DNA of 64,000 nucleotides from Spongospora subterranea f. sp. subterranea (Eukaryota): NCBI GenBank assembly GCA_049724395.1, contig JAUGWO010000122.1, positions 124,001 to 188,000 of the forward strand, read 5' to 3'. Shown piece by piece: positions 38,168 to 51,576 of this stretch (position 1 is its first letter; each line of letters starts with the position of its first letter). The notes under the pieces were generated by a model. It saw only the letters and a program-made list of their open reading frames with translations, ran no database searches and was not told where the DNA came from. The position numbers and the translations under genes were made by a program.

Positions 38168-40979
38168 CCTCACAATAAATGATATGCGACATCCATTTCC
38201 CATTGGACTGATTTTCTTCCTTTATTTAAAGGGATCAAGCACCGCCGACTGTCGATCATTCAGCAAAATGCACCAATTCCGATATTTTGTTTAGGATTAC
38301 CAACTACCGAATAGATTTGTTGGCAATTTTCTATTCAGTGGTTGGTGGTCAAATGATAAGAAGTAGTTCCATTTTGCAAACAAAATACACTTGTAAAGTC
38401 GAATGTGCTCAGGGAATGACTGGAGTACATGAGACTCAAAGATGGCTGTGATGCTGATTGAGTCCATTACCGTGCTGTCCGACCGAATAATGACGGCCGC
38501 AATTACAACCGTTCAATGCGTCCAGGCTTGAGCTGTCGCCCATTTTTTGGAATGGTGATGAGCGCCATTCTGGTCACTATCAGCAGTTTGATATCAGCGG
38601 TGACCGACACCATCATCTTCATATACATCGTCTTCTCCGTTCATCCTGATTACCGTTCTGCTGATCCATGCCCATTTTGATCCAGATGGGAGGAAGCTAG
38701 TCCGCCAACCGTCTCTGGAGTTGGGCCAAAATTTGAATTCCATAAGGAGCAACTCCTCTATTCAATCAATGATATGCCCACTTCATGGCGATATATCAGG
38801 TTCATGGTCCGGCCATTATCGGCGGCGCTACACTACACATTCCAATCCATGTACTGATGAGAATATCACCATTGGCTCTCTGTGATTTCGGTCTGGTTAT
38901 CTCCAGTTTCATCCATTGAAGGTCAATTGTAAGAAGACCACAGCTCAAATTGGCTCTTGGACAGGCTACAGAAGTCGTTGCTTGTGTATTCTCCCTGATC
39001 ACATGCTGAATTGTTTGTCGTCCAAATTTAACCGATTAACCGGTAGCCTTCACCAGCGTTGAATACACGGTCGTGAATATCCAGAACTGTGGTACCGAAA
39101 CCCAATAACTTCACGACGATCTTCCATCACCTCATTTATATCCTCAATTCCAAAGGGCCAGACAACGCAAGCGATAACCAAGTCAGAGAGGCAGGGATAA
39201 CAAGGAAATTTTGCAGATGACGGTCGTGTATTCAGCGCTGGGCAGGTTAACGGTACGACAACAGAGGCTTCAGCAGATGATCTCTGCGACAACGGTGGAG
39301 AATACACAACCGACGCCCATTCCGTAATTTGGCTAAGAGAAAGGGAATCAGGCAAGTCCACATCAATCTTCACAGACCACAGCAGCAGAACGGTGTGCCT
39401 GAGCAAAACATTCGTGGAAGGGGCCCGTCGTATTCACCCACGCTCAATAGAAATGAACGACGCCCTACGAATACCGCCCGTCATTGCTCTGCGGTACACG
39501 ATCCCTCTGGTGCACGACATGGCCATCATTAAGTCATGTGTTTCGTGCACATTCCTAACATTCGATTCGGTAATCATTACAAAGCCAAGAGCAGCAGTAA
39601 TTGACGCGAAATGGTCAAGTCGAAAGAGCTTGATGCCGACCAACGCAGAGGAATTTATGAACGGCTCCTGACGATGCTGGATGACAACGGAAGACCTAAG
39701 AAAGGTGCTTTCACCAAAGTTGGACAAGAATTTGGCGTTTATTGGAAGACAGCAAGCCGTATTTAAAAGCGTGCAACATCTTCAATAATTTCTGGAGCGG
39801 TTTCAGCGGATTCTAATTCTTTCAAAAAACAATGCGGACGTAAAAGCGAGTATGCCGACATCTCTACTGTAAGTGCAGTTCCTTTAAAGTCAAGAGGGAC
39901 TTTGCGACGTCTATCAGCGGCTACAGCCATTTCCAGGCCACAAGTTTACACCTCAATCTAAGAAATGGCACCATTCGTCGCCATTCAAACTCTATCAAGC
40001 CAGTACTTACGGAAAGCAACAAAATTCTTCGCTTTAAGTTTAGTTTATCAATGATAGACCAGGATTCTAGGCCGATGTCGCCAAAATTCAAACCGATGTT
40101 TGACACAGGACCTGGCCATGGCCTCGAAACGCGAGGCACACATCAAGGAGCTGAACATGAAACTGCTAACGCTGAAAATCCAGCACATCGGGAAAGAGAA
40201 GTTACAAAAGGCAGGACAGCTCCCAATTGCACTTCCTTGTTCCGTGGAATCGGTCGCGAATGCGAAGATGATTATCGTGGATGATGGTATGGCTCAGCTA
40301 TTCAATAAACTGCAAATGTGAAATAACGTTGCTCAAATCTACTCAAATCCTGTTGATTTCAAAGGGTGAAAGTGCAACCGGCCAGCTATTTTGGAACAAA
40401 ACAGAAGTTCGTTCCGGCCAACTATTTCCGAACGGAGTGAGTATGTATTTTGTACGTATGTTTTTTGGAAAAGTTTAATTTCTCTTTGTATACCCCGTTT
40501 TGCAGATAGTTGCAACAAGATTGGAACATGTTTTTGCACCCTTTTACAACGAATGTTATAATTGCTCTTTCATCTGTTTCGACAATGGCAGCAAAGCGGT
40601 CCTCCGTGTTTGTGTGACAGCATCAAATAAAGGGGTGCTAATTCATATTCTCATACACATAATTATTACCAGCAGTTCCCTCTTTTAGATTGTGGAAGAC
40701 AAATCTACATAAAGTGCACCTCAAGAGTCTATAATGAAGGAGTAAACCGTCGTCTGCGAAGGGAATGAACAGGGTTATAAGACGGAACGGAATGTTAATC
40801 AGAATTGGTGACTCCTATCCGATGGAATGACGAAATCGTGGAGACCCATGGCAAGGCGAGATTGGATGTGTGATTCAATCCTTTTAATAGTCTCGATCTT
40901 AATAATCATCATTGTTCATCTTAAGCAGAGGAGTATCCTCACACTTTCTGTAATGTCTGCCATTAACTTCCCACTGCGA

Positions 40980-43790
40980 TAAACTCGACGCGCTCGTTTT
41001 ACATGGTCAATTGATGACTTCGATGTTGACGAGTTTGATTTGATTGCCCACAATCACACTCGTCACGAATGTGATTCATCGGGATACCAGATGTCTCCGG
41101 ATGGAGATTGCTTATATCGCCTCAGCAATATCATGGATATGCCCCATCTAATAAATCGCTATTCTCGGTGGCAATTGCAAGGTACATGGTCTTTCCAGAT
41201 TGACAATGCAGTACTTCTTGTGGCAAAAAGGTGTGTTGGAGTTCTGCTTTGTTCTGTACCGAGCTCTGCTTGTCGTGTTGCGGCCTTAAAACCGAAGCAA
41301 GAACGACCTTAATGACTTCGACATCAGGTAATTGTTCATTTTTTTTATTTGTTGATGCTGAAAACTAAGCTATAGTTGTCGGAACGGTTGCGGGGACACC
41401 ACGATCCGGCAAGAATGCAGCGCAAAGATGTTATGGGTTTTCAAAGGCAATCGCGCCATTGGTGAGCACCGCGGTGTTCATGGACACGCGTGCCCAATTG
41501 TGAACAAGGCCGATCATTTTGATCGTGCTGCGTTGAAAACAATCATATCACAAAATCCGCAGAAAATCGGCAATGCAGCTGGTTGTCGGTAAACCCGGCG
41601 TGGATGGTTCTAACTTCTCCGTCCGACAAATTCATTCGTCGTTTGGAAACAAGGACAGAGTCGCATATTTTAAAAGGGAAATTCTGGAGGAGATGGGTGT
41701 TTCCGTTCCGAGTAAGGATTTTCACTGATGCGGTTGCCAACAGCCAACCTCTGACCATATCTTTAGGTCATGGAGATATGACTATTGGATTGATGCAGTT
41801 TCATGAGACTTTGGGCACAACCGTTGTCAGATCCAGCAGCATGCTGTTTGCCAATATGCACATATCATGGGCAACGCAGTTTGTGGCAGAAAGGTAAACG
41901 GGATAGCTTTATCACTTTATCCCCTTCTGACCTTATCCAATTCTGGCTAGGGTGGCTGATTTTGATGACCAATCTGGTAGAAAAATCGGGGGAACTGTAA
42001 CCGATTCCACATATTCATAGTTTCGCCATGGATTTCTGATGACGTCAGGATTATATTGTCTGTTTTTAAAGCGCTGGGTTCCGGTTCTGTTCACATGGAG
42101 TTCGGGTTCAACTTCAGCACATCAGGAAGCTCATTTTACTTGCTTGCTGAAATGATTGTCGCCGCTGTCTGTTCAGGGCAACTTTCCACTCACGAAGAGG
42201 AGCTGGACCGTATAGAGCTGTGTTTCGGTGCAATTTCTGAAACGCAAAGAAACGGCTTCATCAGTTTTTTTGTCACAATCATTGGGGCATTTGATGAACA
42301 CTCATGGTCTCAAGCTAGGGGACAAAAACTTTGAAAGACAGAGCCAACCGGTTCGTTAAGGGTTGCCAGGTGCATTTCCTCAGCTCTGCAGAATGGCTCA
42401 ACCGCAACTATGCTGTTGTCGGGAACAGCGACAATGGTGCATTTCTGGCCAAAGTTCGTAAGCTGATTCATGAGCCACTGGTTGAGGTGTTCAATTCGGC
42501 GATTGACGAATTGCAGTCTGAATATCCTAACGCAGCCAAATGGTTTGAATGGTGGTTGCGTGACGCTGTCGCCAGGCTTATATTTGCATGCAAATCGTGG
42601 TCGGATCGAGAATTGAACAAATGATCCGAAGTGATTTGAACCCGATCGAGTCCATGCATTCAACTTTTTATCAGATCGCGGATCGAAAAAATCGCTCTGG
42701 TGTATGGAATGTCAATATTTACAATGTTCTCAGAATCTTTGCGACAAGATTTTGAGAATGTCGCATCAGGCTTAACTGTTCATTACGGGCAAGCTGAACG
42801 ATGGAAAAAACAGATTGACAAATACGCCACAGAGGCGCCAGTTGCAGTTGGCAATCGAAAATTTGCAAATGACGGACGAGCTCCAGACATATTTAAAGAC
42901 CTGATTGGAGCGGACAACGTAATATCGAAAGCAAAGTTACGTGCTACATCACGTCCCTGTTAGAATGTCTATTTGCATGTTTCAAAGCTTGTCCGGTACG
43001 TGGATTGTTGTTTACATTTGTGCGATTCTAACTCTCAAACCTATGTCACTCAGATAAATGCTTTGCTGTATCCTGACTGTTATGAGCCTTTCATCAAAAT
43101 GCTTAATCATTTTCATATCAGGTCCGAGGCGTTCGCCAGATACAAATATTACTGGACTGCTCAAATTCCGGTCCTCAGTCAAGTTGTCGACATCGTGGTA
43201 CATGATCGAAGACGTTTCCGTTCAGGCCAGTTTGGTAATCCTGCCACCGTTTTACAAGCGCTGTTTCAAGTGGATGATCACTCAGATTTCTGTATCTCTG
43301 CTTCATGTGAAAATGTCAACTGATTAGTGATTCGAATTGCCCCTAATGGGTTGTTTTAAAGCGCGCTCCCTGTTCTGTGACGATGGACATGAAAATGGTG
43401 ACTCAACAAGGAGTTTACCTGTTTTGGAATATGAGTATGGGAATGAGGTTGGTATTGCCGACTATATGTGATTATTGTGATCATCAGGAGATATCGACGT
43501 TGATGGTCGAGCAACTAGGTGACAATCTTCCCGATCTTTTGAATCGGTGGTCAACAACCGGCATTGACGAATGGATGTCGAGAGTCTGCACCTGTTGCCA
43601 CCTCAACGTAATTCACTGCAACAGGAAGGTGAAGCTATCGCAGAAGATGATTTGCATCGAAATTGGGATGGATATGGATAGCGAGCAGCTACGATGTCCC
43701 GAAATCATGACGGTAAACGGTCGTGATTGGCAGTTGGTGGGCCTCATATATTCTACGAAGGAATGGGGCTGTTTCAGGAAATTGTAGCTG
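40980..43790 (+). mobile_element. Decayed MULE-like transposon with an N-terminal GCM-like Zn domain and a Cys-rich C-terminal region
   Basis: KRCVGVLLCS..C..LKPK, then CRNGC...EC...EHRGVHGHACP (GCM-like). KGCQVHF (CxxH), YPNAAKWFEWW, IESMH, NDGRAPD. Many stops and shifts. Confidence 0.65.
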
Positions 43791-44018
43791 CTCGCTATCC
43801 ATATCCATCCCAATTTCGATGCAAATCATCTTCTGCGATAGCTTCACCTTCCTGTTGCAGTGAATTACTTTGAGGTGGCAACAGGTGCAGGCTCTCGACA
43901 TCCATTCGTCAATGCCAGTTGTTGACCACCGATTCAAAAGATCGGGAAGATTGTCACCTAGTTGCTCGACCATCAACGCCGATATCTCCTGAAGATTACA
44001 GTATCACATGTAGTCGGC
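43457..44018. repeat. Long inverted repeat (foldback), ~245-bp arms with a ~68-nt spacer
   Basis: 43457-43704 is a near-identical reverse complement of 43772-44018. The same peptide MVEQLGDNLPDLLNRWSTTGIDEWMSR appears on both strands. Confidence 0.95.
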
Positions 44019-44689
44019 GACGAAGTTGACCAATAAAACTGGAATACGATGTTTCGCCTGGTCGCAAGCTCGCTCCAGAGCCGTGCCATTAAGAGATTAA
44101 AATAGAACATTACAAAACTTGAAACACTGGGGCATGAACACAGGAACACTGTTTCTCACACACGTCGCCTCGTTGAAACCAAATACTTGTGAATTTCAAA
44201 TAAATTGACAAAATAGTCTAATTGTGGTAAATTAACGATTGAACGACGAAGCGTCAATTCCAGACTACCTGTCGATGCTGCGAAAAGGGAGTAGTTGAGG
44301 CGTTGGAGGTTTGGCTGGTTGGATGAGGAAATGAACTGAGGGGGAAGAGAATGAGGATCTGATTTAATCGACGTCGTTGTTGCGTCATAGAACTGGGAAA
44401 CCTCACGCCTGAAAGCGCTGAAAACTCCTGACGCTCCTCGGCCAATTCAGGGTCTCGCCGTTCTCGACATTCCAGCTAAAGTCACAAAACATGCGGTCGT
44501 TGCGTCCTCTATAGAGGATGAACTTTCGGCTGAGCGAGAGAAGAACCAGGGGGAGGGAGAAGGGGAACGTCGCACAATCATTGTACCGACGAGACAGTGG
44601 TGAATGGAACAGTGTGTGGGAGAATAAAGGTAGTGATGTGAAGAAACAGAGAGATAGAAAGATTGAAAACAGTTGGAATTAGGATGAAG

Positions 44690-44882
44690 AGATGAAGGGA
44701 TTAAAGTGAGGAGATTGAAGATAGAAGGAACGGAAATGAAAGGATGGAGATGAAAAGATGGAAGGAAAGAGAGGATGATGATGAAGGGATTAAAGAGTGA
44801 GGAGATAGATAATAGAAGGAATGGAGATGAAAGGATGGAGATGAAGAGATTGAAGGAAAGAGTGGATGATGATGGAAGGATT
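44690..44882. repeat. Purine-rich imperfect ~90-bp tandem duplication
   Basis: GATGAAGGGATTAAAG..TGAGGAGAT...GAAAGGATGGAGATGAA occurs twice. Confidence 0.7.
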
Positions 44883-45615
44883 GTTGATAGAACAAATGAA
44901 AACAAAGAAGAAGAAAGAGAGGATAAGAAAGTGTTTGGTTGAAGAAGATAAGCGAAACGGACTGTAAAAAGGTCTGTGGATCTTAACACCCGACATGTTG
45001 GGTTTGACCTAACCTCATCATGAGGTGAAACCAATTACGATTGTCACAGCAGAGCGTTTATTATGGACCGAGGTATGCAGCGGTCAGCGCCGTTCAGGTG
45101 TTTATCTGGCGTTTGGTTCTTGATGTAAAATAGGAATCAATATCGATACAGATAAACTGAGTTTCAACCATCCGCATGAAAATGTCCAGGTAGTGCCCAT
45201 TTAATTGTGGATTAGGTTCAAACCTGTGTTGACCTTTGCTGTGTCCACCTCTTTGTTAACATGTGAACTGTGGTCTAACCCTGCCCCTTGCTGCTCATGC
45301 CAACCATTATCCTTGTGTTGATCGTTGGCCTCAGTACAGATGTGCTGGTTCATGTCTGTCGAGTCTCTGTTGCTGGCGCCATGGGATGATCTTGACTACC
45401 ACCATATTGGTCGGCTAATATATCGGCCTTTGCTGGACTGTTTCGTAGAGCGTCCATCACCTGGGACTCTTAATCTCTCGAAAACAGCTGTCGTCGACAG
45501 GATATGCTCAACACAAGATCCATCGATGATTTATCTGATTATTCCCAATGTTGATCAAGTGTAAACTTGAGACAAATGATGATGAATCGAATAATAGCGT
45601 TATAAGTTATATCAA

Positions 45616-45687
45616 GCTGCTGTGACGCAATGGTCAGCGTGTCAGTCTTCGGAACTGGAGGTCCGGGTTCGAGTCCCGGCAGCGGTA
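45616..45687 (+). tRNA. tRNA-Arg(TCG), intronless
   Basis: Cloverleaf: acceptor GCTGCTG/CAGCGGT, D stem ACGC/GCGT, anticodon arm TCAGT-CTTCGGA-ACTGG, T arm CCGGG-TTCGAGT-CCCGG. Confidence 0.93.
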
Positions 45688-45691
45688 CAAC

Positions 45692-45697
45692 TTTTTT
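45692..45697 (+). terminator. Pol III oligo-T terminator of tRNA-Arg
   Basis: T6 run 4 nt after the discriminator base. Confidence 0.75.
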
Positions 45698-45907
45698 GCT
45701 TGTGTTGTGAGATTCAGACATCGAAGCCAAGACGCTTCCTTTTACAAAGGCGCCGCCTGATTTATACGGTATCGTCTGACTCAATTCAACAAGCGAACCT
45801 TCATAGCCTTTGCGTCAATAAAATTAAATCATGATCGATTCTCGTGTACTGTCGAGCCAATCAAACCCTAATATAGGTGATTATTGCCAAGGAAGCGCCA
45901 TTGAGCC

Positions 45908-48900
45908 ATGTCGCACACCATGTACGACCGGAAATGGCAGACGGCCATGGAACAGTTATCGGACCTGATCTATCTGGAAAATCCTGAGGGCGCCTTCGAC
46001 GACAATGGTTCACCAATCTCCGTTCCGGCCAACAACGCTACTGGTGCCGGTAACACTGCAGTCATCACTCGAGACATGGCGTTTCGCCATTTCTCCATGC
46101 TCTATATTCGATATCTACAAGTCTATAGAGAACTCCAGTCTGTCTATGACCAAATTGTATGGAATTATGATCCCGTTTCTGTCCTTTCGGGATGATCAGG
46201 TTATTCATTACCCTCATCATCGCTGTTAGGTTCATCCTCAGAAACGTCGCGATATCTGCATCGCATTGGACGCCACAATGACACGATTACTCCAGGTAAA
46301 CCCTATATATTCTATTGATCTGCTGTCCGATTTACAACTTTACCATTCTCCCCATTTTCCCATGAATTTCCTGAACGGGGTTTAAAGAATGTAATTAAAA
46401 CATCGCCGCAGACTCAATCGATTGCTATGCTCAAACATCAGCGACATGCTCATTTTTTTCAGTTCATTTTTACCTCGGGTTGACACAATTTCTATGAAAG
46501 TGCTCCTTTTGTAATTGTTTGATAAAGAATGTGATATTGAGTGGTTCCTACTCCATGATATAGGTGAAACAGAATGTGTCCATGTTCAATGCAGCTGCAC
46601 CAACAAGTGACTATATCAATATGAACACACTGATTGAAGAGCTGAAGATGACCCCATACGATATGGAATTGCCGGTCCCTGAATTCCTACGAGAGCTGGA
46701 CGGGTTCCCTGTCGCTATCGAATGTCGCGGTAAACTATTGATGACCAAGATCGTCACCTCGTTCATTGTCCATCAACGTTCTACAACCATATTTCGCCTT
46801 GTTTCTTCAAATGAGAACCAGTTTACTCAGAATCTTGTCTTGATGGTTTTCGCTTAGTCGGTACATTGCTAGGAATCGAAGCCTTTGACGTTTTAGTTCC
46901 GACATACACAGTTAAAATTTTCAAAATTCGTTTCGTTCGCTCTGTTCGGGCCTCGTAGAACGACAGACCACTTGATAACGACGGGCCATTTGTTCAGAAT
47001 CATTGACGGCGTCTTTGGAACAATACGGGCTTGGAGATGCGGTCGAGGAGTTCACATCGCCAATCGAGGTGCATAGATTATCGCCATCGTCACGCCCATC
47101 CTGAACATGATCGTCGTGTTGTTCTGTAATACACAGGTGACGATGCCGTCGATGACCCTGGATGACGCCATCCGCATCATACAGAAGAACGAGCGAGGTC
47201 GGCAGGGCCTAGCACGAGGGCGAATGCTGAAGGCGCTCAGTGTCGAGCAGAACAAACGAAAGACCATTAAAACCGGGGAAATCGACCCAGTTAGTTCATC
47301 TGTCTGGCAATCGTGTTTCCCTCTGTTTAAATGCTCTTCTCAATTCCATTTTGACCGCTCTTTACATCATTATCTGGATTCAAACGCAAACGTGTTTGGG
47401 CGATTAGGTGTCGGCCGTGTTGACCTTGCAGCGCTGGTTTCGGGGAATGCTGGCCCGGCTACGGTCGCGAGCCGACAACGCCCGCGAGCTGCGATTTCTG
47501 GGAATGGCCCCGGCCGATGTGAGCTCGTTCGGGATCGTGATCCCGACCGAGGACGCCGCTCCAAATCCGGGCCACGACCGCACCGCTCGCTCCTGCCAAG
47601 ACATCCGGGCGTTGCGCGTCCAAACCCGCCGCGATTACGAGCTGGATTACATGAACCAATTGGAGGAAATCAAACGAAACGGTGAGGGCATCGTTGATAC
47701 CGTACACTTTCTCTCATTGTTTAAACGAAAATCTTTCAAAAGTGGATTATCGTTTCGCTGTTGTTTCTGTGATTCGTTGAACACGACAAATGCTAAAGCA
47801 ACACGCTTTGCCCCTGATGTTTCTGGCAACGTTTGTTTTTGAATGAGGAGACAGTTTCGTTGTGAAAACCGTCAAATCGATTATAATCGTCCGCCGTTTT
47901 GAACCCGTTGTGGATTTACAAATGGTCTTAACTGATGTATCGGTTTCAGTGGAAGCGGTTAGAGGACCTGAATTCCGGGAGAAAATGTGGATGGAGAGAT
48001 ACGAATGGTGGATACAGCAGAAGGAACGCCTCGGCGTCGAACACGAAAACTTTGACGCGTTCTACGCCATGAAGAATCCGCCGCCGATTGTGGAACCCGA
48101 TCCAGAATTAGCCCCCGTAAGATTCCAATACAAGCGACAATACACATCACGTGTTTCTCTCAGTGAGATTTCATGTTTTCCCAATCACAACTCAAAAACT
48201 CTCAAATTCATTAATGCTGTTAACAAAGTGAACAGCTGTGATATTGGACAAAATGAACCACAGTTGTTTCACAGCCAAAAATGGGAACTTAATCAATGGT
48301 GACCTGCTGAAAATTAAGCTTTATTCAAATCAAGAAAAAAATATCCACTTTTTGCTTGGAAATTTGATGGATTTTGGTGCCTGGCTGGCTTGGATTCACC
48401 AACACGAGGGTTCAGGCTGAAGGAAAAGCGAAGAAAGGGAAGAAAGAGACAAAAAAAGATGGGAAGAAGGAAGGGAAGAAGGGGTCAAAAGAGGAAGGGG
48501 CAGCGGAATCCGTCCCGTATTCGGTGATGATTGGCCCCGTCGCCATCATCGGCGATCTGTATCGCTGTGTCAGGAAATACACCGACCTCTGGGCCAAACT
48601 CGACGAGTCGAAAAACTTTAAACAGCAGGCGGATCCTGAGATCGCCGCCGCCAAAGTACCCACTCATCCGACCATAATCGCGCTTGTGTCGTCGCTCACC
48701 GTTCCGTTTGTTTTGGATGGCGTCAGGTGACGCCAGACGTGGTCGAAAAGATCCGGACACAGGTCGACACCGAACTCATGGCGGTACTGGAGAACCTCAA
48801 ACTACAGGTTTGGCGCTTTGATTTGATAATCGCCTTTGTTCTGGGAAAAACCCCAATTATTGTGTTTTACTGCCAATTGAAACGTCCTGAAATCAGACCA

Positions 48901-51576
48901 GTCTGTGTTTACGTCAAAAACATTAAATATTCTGTGTTTTGATGTCTGGCCAAGTGAGAAATCCAAGAAAAAACTTTGTATTTAGGTTCAATTTCGGTTA
49001 GCGGAAGACGGTGCCAAAAAAGGAAAGAAAGGGAAAGGAGCTGGTAAATCCAAAGGAAAGGTACAGAATTCGCGTTAAAGCGGTCATTCAAAACCGTGGC
49101 GACTTTTACTGATTCGCTGAGTGGGATCGTTTGTTTCAGTCGGGGAAAAAGGGTGGGAAATCATCGAAGAAGGGGGACGCCAATGCAAAGGTCAAGAAAT
49201 GCTGCGATGGCGAGAAGCAGTTAGGCGATCAGACCGTGTCACAATCGATCGCTGAGCTCGTCCGTCTCGGTATCGCTCAGCGTCTCTCGACAACCACCAA
49301 AACACTTAACGACTTTATCGGCGATTTCAATTATCTCGGTAATCCCCGTCTATTGTCCGCTCTCTCTCTCTCTACGCCTTGCACAACCTTTGTTTTTAAT
49401 TCTGGTTCGAAACTCATCTTCAGGAAAACGGTCTTTGTTTTGCCATTTTACCATTGATTGAAGGCTTCTCATCTCGGTTGTGTGTCGATATTTTGTTGGT
49501 CCTTAGTGGCCGTTGGCCTTGGATTGAGTGGATGTTGATCTGTTGTGATTATCGAGTGATTGTTTGGTGGTCCCAGGTGGTGAACATGACGCCGCTGGTG
49601 TCCCGATGGATCCGTCATTCGCCCAGATCCGCTCCATTGTCGCAGAGTCGCTGATCATTCCCCTTAGCCGTCCATATGTCGGTCAAAACCTTCCAAAGTA
49701 TATCACAATCAAAGTCACTTCATCTCATTCCCATTTCTCTTTATCAACTTTTGTCGTGTATCTGGTCCGATCAATTCGCCAATTTAATCGGATTCTGTGA
49801 ACCGTTTCATATCCGTTTCACGTGTCTGAAATCGGTGTCTTTATCTCGTTCCAACCGTTCGATTTACAACAGATGTAATGCGTTCCTGTTCTATGGACCA
49901 AAAGGATCTGGTAAAACCATGCTATCTCGAGTAATCAGCTAATGACCCTTTCCCCTTTGTACCGAATACTGAACGATTGTGGTAAAAGGCGGTTGCCGTT
50001 CACACCAACGCCATGTGGTTCGATCTATCGCCCATCGTGGTTCACCAGAAACTCGGCCCGACAAAACAGGTACGACCGTTAACCTTCTCTCGACTTCGAC
50101 CCTGCTGTCGTTTTGTTCATTTCTCTTCCCCTTTCACATCATCGCTATTTTACAAAAACTCTGCCTCAATGGATAAAATCGTTCTTGTGAAACAAATGCC
50201 AAGATTTGGTGGAATTTTGAAATGATGTAATCTCGTGTTGATACAAATCATCACATCGTTCCTTATTGTGTTATCTCTGGCGTATTCTGTCGTCACCTTA
50301 GAAGTTGGAATTTTAGGATGTATCTCGTCTAATTCATATGGTTTTCACGGTTGCCAAGAAGGCGGCGCCATCCATAATCTATATCGATCAGGTTCTCTGC
50401 TCGCTGGGCCAGTAATCTCCTTGTTGGGCTCATGGGTATCGGTGCAGATAGAGAAGCTGTTCACAGCGGCGCCCAAGAAGAAGGCGGCTGCCGGGGCGGG
50501 CAAATCTGACGCCGCCCCTGGCGCCGAGGAGATGCTCAGACTGAAAAAGGAGCTGTTTGCACATCGCGATGGATTAACTGAAACCGATCGGGTTATCATC
50601 ATCGGTAAGAATCAGTTGAAATCTACCTCTGGACCCTTTGTTTCGTGTCTGTCGATCATTGGGGTTTGATGGCGCCATCTCTGCTGTCCATATTGATTGT
50701 TTTGCCACAACCACTCCCTTGTCTGAATTTTCCTCAATCAACGTTCTCTGGTGTTAAGGTGTGTTGGGGTTTTAGGGAATACGTCAGATCCGTTTGGGGA
50801 AAGTGTCGATCTTGGCGAGATGAAGACGTTCTTCAAGGCGAATGGGAAGATGATCTATACTCCTTTCCCCGATTACTCTACTCGTCTTCGTCTATTCAAG
50901 ACCTTCATCACTCGTGTAATCCCATCTCATTTTCAGATCTGGCGGTTTTATCATCGTTCCTGCAAATTCTGCCATCTAAAACATTATCGGTTTCAATGGA
51001 ATTCAGGCTGGAATCAATGTTCACGCCCTAATCCAGTCAAAGCACAAATTCGATATCGGTACATTGGCGTATGTAACTCAGGGATATACGGCCGGCAGTA
51101 TTCTCGCCGCTGTTCAGCTTGTTCTACCACCCAGAAGAATTGTCAAAGTAAGGAGTTCGTGTTGTGATTGTTGTGTCTCCTTCTAAACCGACCCCAACAG
51201 CTCGAGGAAAAGAGCAGGAATACCATCGTGATCGATGAGTTTATTAGCGCCATATCGAGGATGCCTTACACATATAAAGATACACATGCCAATTTCCACC
51301 ATTTAACCGAGGTCAGTTCAGTCAACATATTTCGTTTTTCTGACATTGGTTTTGGTTCCGGAAACGACTTGCGTTACTGGAAAGGAAACGTGTCATGTTA
51401 CTGGCAATCAAACTTGATGTAGCGGGACAGGAGTGGATCGATCAACAGATTGTGCTGATGTGGAATCACAGGATATAACCGGTGTGAAGCAAAGGCGGGA
51501 ATTACAGGCGGCAGCACAAGCAAAAGAGGCTGCAGGGGGAGATGGTGCCGCTCCCGCAAAGAAGAAGAAGAAATAA
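45908..51576 (+). CDS. IQCA1: Dynein regulatory complex protein 11 (IQ motif plus AAA domain), about 20 exons
   Basis: MSHTMYDRKW, YDQIVHPQKRR, IQKNERGRQG, IQ motif LQRWFRGMLARLR, Lys/Gly-rich linkers, DFIGDFNYLG, Walker A GPKGSGKT, WFDLSP. Exons checked through the AAA region join in frame. Confidence 0.95.

Noticed and set aside
38400..39000. Possible PIF/Harbinger transposase relic (YRHEVGIS)
   Set aside because: Only one weak motif, with no catalytic triad or TIRs traceable.
44447..45034. 195-aa Ser/Leu/Phe-rich minus-strand ORF
   Set aside because: Translation of a purine/pyrimidine-biased low-complexity repeat.
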